Source of the DNA: a virus
Lineage: Duplodnaviria > Caudoviricetes
Direction: 5' to 3' (one strand)
IMG/VR virus record: IMGVR_UViG_3300033463_000095
Coordinates: 8,017-72,016 of that record
Length of the DNA: 64,000 bases
Shown here piece after piece: positions 48,841-59,265 of the stretch; the first letter of the stretch is position 1, and each line of letters starts with the position of its first letter. Under the pieces are notes generated by a model that made no database searches, had not been told where the DNA came from, and worked only from the letters and a program-made list of their open reading frames with translations. A program made the translations under genes and the position numbers.

Positions 48841-49474
48841 AATCTACTTTTATACCCTCACTTTCGAAAAATGGAACTACCTCTCTACATCATTTACCTT
48901 TACACACTCCTGCATATATTCATGTTTTATATCCTCAATCTATTATATATTCTCCTGAGTTTATATAGAAGTCATATCCTTTATTATCTTGATTTAATTC
49001 TACATCTCAAGGATCGCTATCTTTTGAAATAATATCTAACAATTTATCTTTTTGTCATATTCCACAGTTTATACACACTTCATAGCTAGAACCATGTTTT
49101 CTTTTTTTCATACCTATAATATTAGTTTCTTCATCATTTTTATCAAATGATTTTTCAAAATAAAATGCTGCCATATTATCTTTTATTTGGTCTTTTAGAT
49201 ATTCTATTCTTTCTACGTCTACTGGTTTTCTTATAAAATCATCATCTATTATTGTTAAAATTATATTATCATCTATTTCATTCAAAGTTTCTCTTATGCG
49301 CTTAGTTCATATTTTTAATGGATAATTTTTACATATAGTTTTATAATAGGGGTTTATTTTTGTTTCAGTTGCATATATTATTTCCGGGTGATTAGGATAA
49401 TATTTTTCTATACAATGATTAAATGGTTGCCATAAATCTTCATTTTTATCACAACTTAAAACTAATATTTTCAT
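48815..49474 (-). CDS. GT-A-like glycosyltransferase (putative)
   Basis: MKILVLSCDKNEDLW...W...ILTIIDDDFI...CGI-W-QK...SDP-W-DVE; joined through TGA. Confidence 0.55.
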
Positions 49475-49496
49475 AAACACTTCTCCTTATAGTTTA

Positions 49497-49525
49497 ATTA
49501 TATCAAAAAATTCGCACTCAGTCAA
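49497..49525 (-). promoter_or_regulatory. sigmaA-type promoter for the glycosyltransferase/resolvase operon
   Basis: Minus strand TTGACT-17-TATAAT. Confidence 0.75.
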
Positions 49526-49551
49526 ATTTTAAACAAAATAAAAAAAGTGAT

Positions 49552-49710
49552 TTACATCACTTTTATACTATCTTCATAAACTCTTTTTATTTGAACTTGC
49601 TTTTTAGATTTTTCTTTTTTATCTTTTGCAACAAATTGTTCTATTTTTTCTTCTTTTATTGTTTCTTTTTCTTCTTCATTAAAAAAATTTTTTCTTTTCT
49701 TGTTACCCAT
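49552..49710 (-). CDS. Small Lys/Glu-rich protein (52 aa)
   Basis: GGAGG RBS, MGNKKRKNFFNEEEKE...; TAA. Confidence 0.5.
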   Translation of the reverse strand: MGNKKRKNFFNEEEKETIKEEKIEQFVAKDKKEKSKKQVQIKRVYEDSIKVM

Positions 49711-49786
49711 ATAAAAATAACCTCCTTAATGTATTTAAAAATTTTTTATTTTATATTAAATAATTCTTCCCTTAGAGAATATTATT

Positions 49787-50395
49787 TTATTTGTTTTTTC
49801 TAATTTGGTTATACTCATCATATCTTAATTTTAATGTTTTTTGTTCTTCTAGAGTAGCATCTTCCATAAGCTTATCATAAAAACCACAATTTTTAAATTC
49901 TACACAGCCACCACATCTTACACATTGAGGAACACAAGCTCAATATATATCTTCATCATATTCTTTAATAGCTTCTAATAAAGCTTTTCAATATTTTCTA
50001 GTTGTTGGATCTGCTGTAGAACATAATCTTCTTGCAGATATATTTATTAAAGCTTGAATATTTGCATCCATCTCCATAGGAACACAATCCATTTGTGAAC
50101 GTTGAGTTCTATCTATACCAGTCCTATCTTCTCTTGATGTGCCTATAAATTTTTCACATCCTTCGTGATGTCTAGCGAAATGAGTTGAAATAGCATAAGG
50201 TATTTCAGGTCATTTTCAACTAATTACACCCCTACGGATAGGGCTGTGTTCACACAATAGTAACTTACGTTTTCACGCTTGAGTTGGTTCCCCTTCACCT
50301 GCTTCTTTTCTAATAGTTGTCATACAAGCACTTTTAATAGCTTGTCAATTAATATTAAAATTAGTAATAATTGTTTTTGTATTATATTTATCCAT
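49787..50395 (-). CDS. thyX: Flavin-dependent thymidylate synthase (ThyX-like), six TGA=Trp
   Basis: EHSPIR, STHFARHH, SREDR, ALINISARRLC, ACVPQCVRCGGC. Invisible in the code-11 track. Alternative in-frame ATG at 50458. Confidence 0.75.
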
Positions 50396-50441
50396 TGTTC
50401 CTCCAGATTGTTTTATTCCAGGATAATAGAAACTACATCTA

Positions 50442-51035
50442 TTATCATAAAATTCCATTATTTTTTTCTCCTTTAGATTTTAAATAGCATTTTCCACAAA
50501 CACTTTTATAAGTAATTGCAGAAGTTCCATCTATTGCAACTTGATCGCCTTCAAATATTGGAACTCCATTTATTAAACGAATATTTTGAGTTGCTTTTTT
50601 CCCACAAGAGCAAATAGTTTTTAATTCAGATATATCATCTGCAATTTCTAATAGGCGGCTTGCACCTGGAAAACCTTGCATTTGAAAATCACAACGTAAT
50701 CCATATGTTAAAACTGGAATATCAAATACTTTTGTTATTTCATATAATTCATCTACTTGAGTTGGGGTTAAAAATTGAGCCTCATCAACAATAATTGCAT
50801 TAGGTTTAAATGGTTTTTTAACACATTCCATAACTGTTTTATCGGATGGAAGAATTATATCTACTTGTCTATCTACTCCTAGTCGACTAACTACTTTATC
50901 TGCACCTTTAGTATCTGTTTGAGGTTTTATTAATAAAACATGCATACCTCTTTCTTCATAATTATGTGCTGTTTGTAAAAGCATTGTGGTTTTACCACTA
51001 TTCATAGCTCCATATCTAAAATATAATTTTGCCAT
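50442..51035 (-). CDS. tdk: Thymidine kinase
   Basis: YGAMNSGKT, IIVDEAQF, YGLRCDF, KTICSCG...CGKC. Ends TGA-TAA. Confidence 0.93.
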
Positions 51036-51037
51036 TA

Positions 51038-51514
51038 TTAAACTCCTGTTGAACCGAAGCTTCCTGTGCCACGGTCTGTTTCTGATAAATTTTCAACTTC
51101 TTCAAATATCATTGGTATATAGGGTAATAATATCATTTGAGCTATGCGGTCGCCGGGTTGTACTACCTGTTCGGCATCTGTATCATTATGTAACGCTACT
51201 ACTACTGAACCTCGATAATCTGAATCTACAACCCCAGTACAGTTTGCAGGTCTAAGTCCTTGTTTAGTAGCAAGACCAGAACGTGCAAAGATTGCAGCAA
51301 AAGTATTATCTGGTAATTCAAAAGCTAATCCAGTTTCAATTTTAACAGTTGTATGTGCGGGAATGGCGATTGAAGAATCTGTAGCAGCATAAAGATCATA
51401 ACCAGCAGCTTCCGCACTTCCTCGAGTTGGTTCATGGGCTAATTCATTTAACTTTTGATATTTAATTAATTTTGGTGTATAATTATCAAGGATATCTTGT
51501 CCAATTCCAAACAC
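51038..51514 (-). CDS. dut: Trimeric dUTPase
   Basis: AAGYDLYA, ARSGLA, GVVDSDYRG, GDRIAQ, RGTGSFGSTG. Confidence 0.95.
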   Translation of the reverse strand: MFGIGQDILDNYTPKLIKYQKLNELAHEPTRGSAEAAGYDLYAATDSSIAIPAHTTVKIETGLAFELPDNTFAAIFARSGLATKQGLRPANCTGVVDSDYRGSVVVALHNDTDAEQVVQPGDRIAQMILLPYIPMIFEEVENLSETDRGTGSFGSTGV

Positions 51515-51765
51515 TAGAAAGCACTTCCTTCTTTATATGTTATTTCAACATCTCTTTCAGGCTCTTTTTCGTTATTAAATTCTTTAATTAAAGTTACTTT
51601 CCACCAATAATCAATAACTTCACCTTTTTGTTTTCTTTCTTTATATTGAGTGCTATATTTTGATAAAGTATATCCACTTTCTTCTTTTGCTTTTTGAATA
51701 AGAGCTGCCGCCTCTTCTTCACTACTAACTCTATATATTTCTGTTGTATTTATTAAATATTTCAT
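51514..51765 (-). CDS. Hypothetical protein
   Basis: 83-aa ORF with RBS, packed between its neighbours. Confidence 0.7.
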   Translation of the reverse strand: MKYLINTTEIYRVSSEEEAAALIQKAKEESGYTLSKYSTQYKERKQKGEVIDYWWKVTLIKEFNNEKEPERDVEITYKEGSAF

Positions 51766-51777
51766 ATTGCCTCCTAG

Positions 51778-52038
51778 TTACATTAAGTTTATATTTAATT
51801 TATTTTCATTATATTTAGTCATTTCTGCAACTTCTATTTTTTCTTTAACACCTTTTAGAAATTTTAAATTTCCAAGTAATTCAATATCATTAGTTTCATA
51901 TTTATCAACTAATTCAAATAAAGTATTAGATAAATTATCTAAATCAGTAGATACAACATCTATTTTATTTCCATTTTCATATATAAAAATATTTTGTGTG
52001 TATGTAAATGGTTTAATAAAACTAATTATTTTTTTCAT
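51778..52038 (-). CDS. Hypothetical protein
   Basis: 86-aa ORF with a GAGGA RBS. Confidence 0.7.
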   Translation of the reverse strand: MKKIISFIKPFTYTQNIFIYENGNKIDVVSTDLDNLSNTLFELVDKYETNDIELLGNLKFLKGVKEKIEVAEMTKYNENKLNINLM

Positions 52039-52053
52039 TATTAAAATCCTCCT

Positions 52054-52479
52054 TTAAAAATCTGTAATAACGCCATTATCATATGGGAAAAAATAATAAA
52101 CATAAGCTTCATCATCTATAATCATCCATATTTCAATAGCAGATTTATCTTTTGTTAAATCGATACCTCTTATTTCTCCTCTTGGGATTAAACATTCATC
52201 GACCAAGCATTTTGCGCAATCCATACAAATTGGGGTGTCTCAATCATAATTATCTCTATCTCTTTTAAAATCAAAAACTGTATAATCTTTTCTTTCATTA
52301 CATAATAACATATAATAATTATTATTTGTTTTATATATAAAATTTTTAATTATTTCTTTTTTACTATTAAGAATTCCTTCAGTTAATTTAATTTCTGCTT
52401 GTTTTACCATAGCTTTATTCATATCATAAAGAGTTCCCATCACAACTTCTTGTTCTTTTTTATTTTCTTTTTCTTCCAT
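52054..52479 (-). CDS. Hypothetical protein (141 aa, one TGA=Trp)
   Basis: Continues past TGA 52240 (NYD-W-DTP...AIEIW...YYFFPYDNGV) to TAA. Confidence 0.7.
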
Positions 52480-53332
52480 TATTTTCCTCCTTATCTTTTA
52501 ATATATTATAAAGCACATGTTCTAAAAAAGCACGTTCTCTATCACATAATATAATTTTATTTTTATTTTGTTCATAATATTCATAAGCCTTATTTTTAAA
52601 TTGATATCCCATTGCCATTCAATCAATAATATTTTCTAACACATCAACTACTTCATCATCATTATGAATATCAAAATATTGTTTATTTTGTCTATATTCT
52701 CAATGATGTGGATTATTTTTCCAATGATGTTCTCAAGCTAATTTAAAAGATTCTACATTTTCTTCCTTTTCTCTTGATGATATAGGATAAAAATTTTTTC
52801 TATAAGCATCAAATTCTTCAGGAGAGTATTTACTTTTATCGTGTATTAAAATTCTATTATATAATTTATCTAATATTTCTTTATCTATTATTAAATAAAT
52901 ATTTGGGTTATGAATTAATTCTTTATATGCTTTTTTTATATTATTACTATGTTGAATTAAATATTTTTTATATTGTTTTACTTTCTTTTTTGTTTTATAT
53001 GAATAGTATATTTTTTTATAACCATATTTAATTTTGCTAAATATACTTAACAAAAAATATAATACTGCATATCTTTTTTTTGTTTTATTTTTAAATGATA
53101 TACTAGTAGTATGTTTTCTAAACAAATGTAATTTATATAAAATATTTTTAGATATTCATTCATTCATTAAAGAATCTAAAGAACGTTTCGTTTTAAATTC
53201 TATGGTTTTAGATAAGCTTTCTTTTAATATAGATTTCATTTTATTTAAATCTGATAATTGATAACTATTTTCAATAGTTAAGGTAGAATTATTAAAAGTT
53301 ATTTTAAAACCTTTTATTTTTGTTTCTTCCAT
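52460..53332 (-). CDS. DUF5662-like (HD-related) protein with a basic N-terminal extension
   Basis: HDKSKYSPEEFDAY...A-W-EHHWKNNPHH-W-EY...ENIID-W-MAMG; 290 aa via four TGA. Confidence 0.65.
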
Positions 53333-53333
53333 T

Positions 53334-53786
53334 TTAAGACTCCTTATATAATTTACATATACCTTTAAAATGGTCTAATTCATGTTGTATAATATTTGAC
53401 ATGCGGCCGCCTTCAGCTATTTCTTTAGTAACACCATTTTCATCTGTGTATGTACACCATACTTTTTGAGCACGTTCTATTTCTTCATATTTTCCAGGGA
53501 CACTTAAACATCCTTCTAAATATTTTTGACATCCGCGGCTACGGGTTATTACAGGATTAATCATAACTACAGTTTGATTAGCCCACGAACAAACACATAC
53601 ACACACAGGCGTACCAATTTGTATTGCAGATAATCCTTTTCCAGCAGGGGCTGCCGCCAATGTATCTTTTAAATCTTGTATTATTTGTTTTATTTCTTCT
53701 GTTGCTATATCTTCAACAGGTTGACTGATAGAAGATAATACTTTTCTATCTTCTTCATTATTATAATTTAAAATTGGTTTAATCAT
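53334..53786 (-). CDS. def: Peptide deformylase
   Basis: All three PDF motifs are present: GKGLSAIQIG, EGCLS, QHELDH. Confidence 0.92.
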   Translation of the reverse strand: MIKPILNYNNEEDRKVLSSISQPVEDIATEEIKQIIQDLKDTLAAAPAGKGLSAIQIGTPVCVCVCSWANQTVVMINPVITRSRGCQKYLEGCLSVPGKYEEIERAQKVWCTYTDENGVTKEIAEGGRMSNIIQHELDHFKGICKLYKES

Positions 53787-53816
53787 TTATATACATTCCT
53801 TTCATTATATATAAAT

Positions 53817-53845
53817 ATTATACCATTATTTTTAAAATAAGTCAA
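53817..53845 (-). promoter_or_regulatory. sigmaA-type promoter with extended -10, upstream of def
   Basis: Minus strand TTGACT-17-TATAAT with TG at -15/-14. Confidence 0.75.
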
Positions 53846-54254
53846 TTCTATCTGTTATATAAGATTTTTTTATTAATTTTTTACCATTTCTATCAGTTTC
53901 TTTAGCGTAATACTCTTCAAAAATAAGCAATATTTCTCTAATTCTTTTTAGGTTATCTATATCAATTTTTTTATTCTGATTCTCTTCTATCATATATTTT
54001 GTAATTCTTAAAAATAATTCTCTATTTATTCTTTCAATTAAATGAAGATAATCATGCGAGGTATCTTGTTTTAAAATAGCTCCATTTCATAAGAGATATC
54101 CAGTTCCAAGCTTTTCTTTTTTACATTCTCTTTTAGGAATTATCAAATGATGAAAACTTAACTCTTCTGGTTTTTTAAAAGTATATCCCATAAAATCATA
54201 ACCTAAATTTTTTATGTCATAGAGTTTTATCATTTCTTTTGTTATTTCTCTCAT
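53832..54254 (-). CDS. HNH-like His-motif protein (putative)
   Basis: YDFMGY...LSFHHLI...YLL-W-NGAIL...SHDYLH; 140 aa. Missing from the track. Confidence 0.55.
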
Positions 54255-54259
54255 AATGT

Positions 54260-55195
54260 TTATCTCCTATGAGATAATTTTTTATTTTCAAAAGTTTCTA
54301 GTTCTGGAGTTATTTTATATACATGACCTTTATCATCAAAATCTACATCAACTCATCAACATGATTTATCATTAGCTAAACCCATGCTGCGGCAATATGG
54401 TGTTTGGTCTTCTAAACAGCTAGTTTGAAAACAATGTGTTTTATCTTGTTTCATAAAAAAACTTTGATGAATATGACCTGTCTGTAAAATATCAGGTTTT
54501 TCATTAGATGGAATTGAGTCTAAATACTTTTGTAGTTTATATGACTTAGCATATGCACTTCCACCACTTCCATGAAATAATCTTATTTTTAATTTTCCTA
54601 TTTTTAAATCTGTTACATCAGGACCTAAATAAACGATATCATCTCTTTCTTTAGCTATTGATTTTAAAATTTCGCTACCTGCAGACTTATACCATCAATC
54701 ATCATGATTTCCTTGAATGGCATAGGTTTTTCCACTAAATTTAGGATATTTATCTATACAATATTGAACTTGTCCTTCATAAGAAGGTTCGCGCAATTCA
54801 TATACTTGCTCTGGTCTATTACTTCTGCCATCTGTAAAATCTCCAGAATGAAGTATATGCTTAATTCCTTTATCTTCTGCTTTTGAATATAAATATTTTA
54901 ATATGTCTACTCTATCATATTTACTTCCTAAATGAGTATCGCTAATCAATAATAATTTTAAATGTTCTAAATTATTAGGTAATTCATATATATCATTATT
55001 TTTTTGTGGACTTTTTCTAATAATAATTTCTTCGTTTGTAAAATCAATATTATATCCTTGTTGATTCATTAGAGTAATTAATCCTATAACTTCATAATCT
55101 TTTAATTCTAATTCCTCACATATTTTTAAAAATGATTTTTTCTTTTTAGCCATAGAATAAATTTTATCACATAATTCTTTTCTTTTTTCTTCCAT
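54260..55195 (-). CDS. Calcineurin-like metallophosphoesterase with an N-terminal HTH-like region
   Basis: ISDTHLG, HSGDFTDG, QGNHD, LFHG, TGHIH. The last two motifs lie beyond TGA 54695. Confidence 0.85.
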
Positions 55196-55229
55196 ATAAA
55201 ATTTCCTCCTATTATAAAAATTTTATAAC

Positions 55230-55268
55230 AAAAAAGAGATTAAGTAAAAAATACTTAACCTCCTTTTT
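55230..55268 (-). terminator. Intrinsic terminator (minus strand)
   Basis: Minus strand GAGGTTAAGTA...TACTTAATCTC followed by a T run. Confidence 0.65.
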
Positions 55269-55428
55269 ATTTTATATTTCTACCTAATAAGCCTGTATAA
55301 AGAAAAGTAGCTCCAAACCATTGTAAAGATGTTGCTATATCTCCTTTAGTTATTATATTAACTATTAAACTTCCAAAAGCACCTGTAATCATAAGCGCTG
55401 GGAAAAATACTTTTAAAAAATTAGTCAT
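55267..55428 (-). CDS. Small two-helix membrane protein (53 aa)
   Basis: MTNFLKVFFPALMITGAFGSLIVNII...WFGATFLYTGLL; start overlaps the nrdG stop. Confidence 0.55.
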   Translation of the reverse strand: MTNFLKVFFPALMITGAFGSLIVNIITKGDIATSLQWFGATFLYTGLLGRNIK

Positions 55429-55918
55429 TCTCTACCTCTCCTGTTTTCATATTATATACATTTTGATTACGACTTCCGCGCCATTTTAGTGTAATATCAC
55501 GCTCTTCAAGAATAAAAGGACCTTCAATTAAATAATCTATATTTTTTAATATATAATCTGTATTATTTTCTTTTTGTAAATTTTCAAGAGTATATCCTGT
55601 TCAAATAACAATTTTAATATCAGGATATTTATCTTTTGCTTTGTATATAAGTTGTTTACAAAATTCTCTTTTATTATCAGTATCTAATGGTTCTCCACCA
55701 AGAATACTTAAATTCCTTTGTATCCCATTTGCGGCAATGGCATTTATAATAGTCTGAATTAATTCATCCTCATACCAAACATCTCCGCCTTCAAAATCTC
55801 ATGCTTCTGGATTATGACATCCTTTACAGTGAAAATGACAACCTTGAAGGAATAAACTAACGCTCACTCCTTCTCCATTGACGAAATCATTGCCATTAAT
55901 ACCTGCGACCCTAATCAT
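55421..55918 (-). CDS. nrdG: Anaerobic ribonucleotide reductase activase (radical SAM)
   Basis: DFVNGEG...FLQGCHFHCKGCHNPEA-W, ILGGEP, VI-W-TGY, WRGSRNQ; two TGA=Trp. Confidence 0.92.
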
Positions 55919-58900
55919 TCCAACTCTCCAATTTTTTAGAATGTTTGTATCTTTGTTCAGTCTCTTGTTGTTTTCCTTTATTAAAAGCAGTTTTATAATC
56001 ACCAGTTAAATATCCTGTAACGCGTCTAAGTTGTTGAATATGCGTACTTCCGCATATTGGACACTTATTATTAAATTCATCAGTATAACCGCAATCTAAG
56101 CAAGTGTCATTAGGTACATTAATTGCAAAATAAGGAATATCTTTATCCATAGCATAATTAACTATTTTTTCAAGAGCATCTAAATTATTTTTAACTCCAC
56201 CATCTAATTCAACATAAGTAATACATCCTGCATTACTATATCCAGTTAATTGACTTTCTATATCTATTTTATCAAATGGACTCATTTCTTTTCATACAGG
56301 AACATGAATACTATTTGTAAAATAATCTCTATCACTTACATTAGGAATAATTCCATATGCTTTTTTAAATTTCTTCATTGAAGTGTAACACATTGTTTCA
56401 GCTGGAGTATAATAAACACCAATATTTAAATGTAAATCTTTTTTAAATTGTGCGCATCTATCTTTAAATAATTGCTCAATTCTTTTAGCGAGCTCCATAC
56501 CTTCAGGTGTAGTATGGTCTGTACCAATTAATATTTGAAGCGTTTCCGCCAAACCAATTTGACCTATAACAAGAGTTCCATGTTTCATGGCAGATTCAAC
56601 TGTTTTTCCATCATAGCCTAACATTATGTTATTTTCATACATAAATTTAGCACTTTCAGGTGATTGACTTATAATTCAATTATATCTTTCTACCAACATA
56701 TCTTTTGCTTCATGAATTTTAGTATCTAATAACTTTATAAATGTTTCAACTACTTGTTCTCTATTATTTTTTCCGGCTGTTAATAATCCAGTCCCAGGAA
56801 TTAATTCAAGTGGTCCTGGGTGTTTTTCAACTGCTTTCATAGCAAGAGTAGGCATTACAATAGTAACAGGACATATATTTCCGCGGCCATCTTTAGTTTG
56901 AGGATTTGTTCCAGGCTCAGCATTAATATCGCTTCCATTATAAGTGCGACATCCCATCGTACTAACGTAGGTCTTAGGATCGTTTATATCGAATCCCGCA
57001 TTAACAGACCAATCTACATTAACATAGTTAGGATATAACCTTTGAGCTGTTGATTTAAGTGCTAATTTAAATAAATCATAGTTAGGGTCTCCAGGTTTAC
57101 GGTTAATGCCTTTCATACATTGGAATATTCCACATGGGAAGATTGGAGTTTTCCTAACTTTGCCAACACCTTCAATAGAACCTTCTAATAATGCCTTTGT
57201 AACCATTCTACCTTCGGGTAAAGTACAAGTTCCATAATTAATAGAAGTAAAAGGTAACTGATTTCCGCTTCTGCTTTGTAATGTATTTCCAAATATTCTA
57301 TAAAGTTCGCTACACTTTATACGTTCTCTTATGAACTGCTATATATTACTATATAGAGTAGACTATATCTTCATCCTTTTTAAGGATGCTCGCCATTTCA
57401 GCTACCAATAGCTTGTAGCTTACGTCTTTCGACTAGTCGTTAGGCTTTTATATATCATCATTTTCATATTTAAAATGAAAACCACCAGTAGTTTTTATCT
57501 TTCCTTTTAAAACTTTACAAATATTTGTTGCATATAAATTTAATTGTCTTGCACATTCTTGTATAGATTCATATTTAATTCCTGTTTCTATACAAATAAT
57601 AGCTTTTTTATCTTTCTTATTAGCAATAATTTTTTGTCTAGTTTCTTCAGAACAAGGATGAGTTATTGACTTAGGTTTTCTTAATTTAGCTTTATGCTCA
57701 TCTGTTAATTTTCTTCCTTTTTGAGCTAAACTAATTTTTCTTTTCTTTTCTTCTGAACATTTCTTTCCTAATCCATTTTTATTACCCTTTAAAGCTTTAG
57801 CAATTTTATCTCTTACTTCTTGGGGTAACTGAGGTGAAGTTCCGCCCTCCATAATATTATATCCAAAATTTCTATTTTGAGTATTATATTTTTTAATTAA
57901 ATTTTTTTCCATTTGACAAGCTTGCTCTTGAGTCAATTGTTTTGCCAATATTAAATGTTCAAAATTATTTCATCCATATTTTTGAATAGCTTGATAAAAA
58001 TGTGGACTAGATTTATAATTATTTCCATTTCTACCCCATCTATTTTCTGGATTTTGTTTTGTAATTCCAACATATTTTTTATTATTGATTTTATTTATAT
58101 GTATATAAACATAATATATGTTTTCTATATTAACACCTCCTTAAAAGATGTTAATGATGATATAATTTAGCACGGTAAGTTGTCCTATAGGGAGTTCCTC
58201 CGTTTAAGCGAGATTCATAATAATATTACTATTATTATGCCCAAATTTCTAGGTTGTGATACATTCCTTGAACAGCTTGCATCAATTCTTTTTCTGTCAT
58301 ATCCATTGCATATTTGTATGCTTTTGAATATTTTTTATATCTTTCATCTTCAATAGACCAATCTAATTGAGGTAAATCATCATCAAATAAATCTAATTCT
58401 TTTCCTTCAATATATTTTAATCCATCTTTAAAATGTTTACAAAAACTCATACGAACATATGGAACCATAGTCCAGTCTAAATGACTTGCACTAACTCCAC
58501 CAAATTGTTGTAAAGATTGTAATTGGAATAATACTGCAACTAATTGAAATGCTGTATTAATAGAACGAGCTGGTCTTACATCTGTTTGTCTTGTATTAAA
58601 ACCTTCTGCTAATAATTTATCAAAAGGAACAGTTAAACAGTTATGCATACCAACTGCATATGCATCTAAATCATGAATATATATTTCATTATTTAAATGA
58701 TTTTCTCTTGCCATTGGTGATACAATATAATTAAGAGCATAATCTTTCATAAGCTCGCTTCTTGCTTCACCCATGCGGCCGCCAAATGAATATTCATCAA
58801 CATTAGCATTTTGATTTTGAACATCACTCGCTTCAATTTTTTCTTTAATATTTTGCATTAATTTACTATTAGCATTTCTTATTTTAGTTCTTTGCTCTCT

Positions 58901-59161
58901 ATAAAGAATATATTCTTTAGCCACATCTTTTCTTTTGGTTGACATTAAACCTTTTTCAACTAAATCTTGAATTTCTTCTATTTCAGGAGTTTCATTTACA
59001 TCTAAATAATACCCCTCAATATAATCTGCAATATTTTCTGCTTTTTCATTTGCATAATCTGTAATTTCGCCATCTACATTTTTAAATGCTGCTAAAATAG
59101 CATTTTTAATTTTAGAAGAATCAAATGGCACAATTCTTCCATCACGTTTTTTTACGTTCAT
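55911..59161 (-). CDS. nrdD: Class III anaerobic ribonucleotide reductase, spliced (exons 59161-58251 and 57288-55911)
   Basis: ATP cone; HDLD, QFGG; spliced junction MYHNL|NTLQSRSGNQLPFTS; MGCRT, GNIC, YFTNSIHVPV-W, C-terminal RRVTGY glycyl-radical loop. Confidence 0.93.
57289..58250 (-). ncRNA. Group I intron in nrdD (962 nt)
   Basis: 5' exon ends in U (CACAACCT); intron ends in G (ATATTTGG); removal restores the frame. R-like AACGACTA and S-like AAGATATAGTCT elements are present. Confidence 0.88.
57448..58128 (-). CDS. Intron-encoded GIY-YIG homing endonuclease with NUMOD3-like repeats (ATA start)
   Basis: YYVYIHINKINNKKYVGIT...AIQKYG-W-NNFEH...E...GYN; GGAGGTG RBS 6 nt before ATA 58128; TGA=Trp. 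Confidence 0.85.
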
Positions 59162-59265
59162 AATTCCTCCTTAATTATTTAAATTATTTTAAAGGATTTT
59201 TAACCTTTATATAAATATAAAAATTTAAATTAATAGATTAATCAGTTTTGTTAAAGGTTAGATTA

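Noticed and set aside
58235-58250. NrdD exon 1 ending in ...LEIWA as a separate short protein
   Set aside because: These codons are intron sequence; splicing restores HNL|NTLQSR.
32259-59253. Further copies of the N29 promoter at 32259 (GGGTAAT/TATTAT), 37725 and 59253(-) (TAACAAA/TATTTA)
   Set aside because: Two or more mismatches in AT-rich DNA; not distinguishable from chance by eye.
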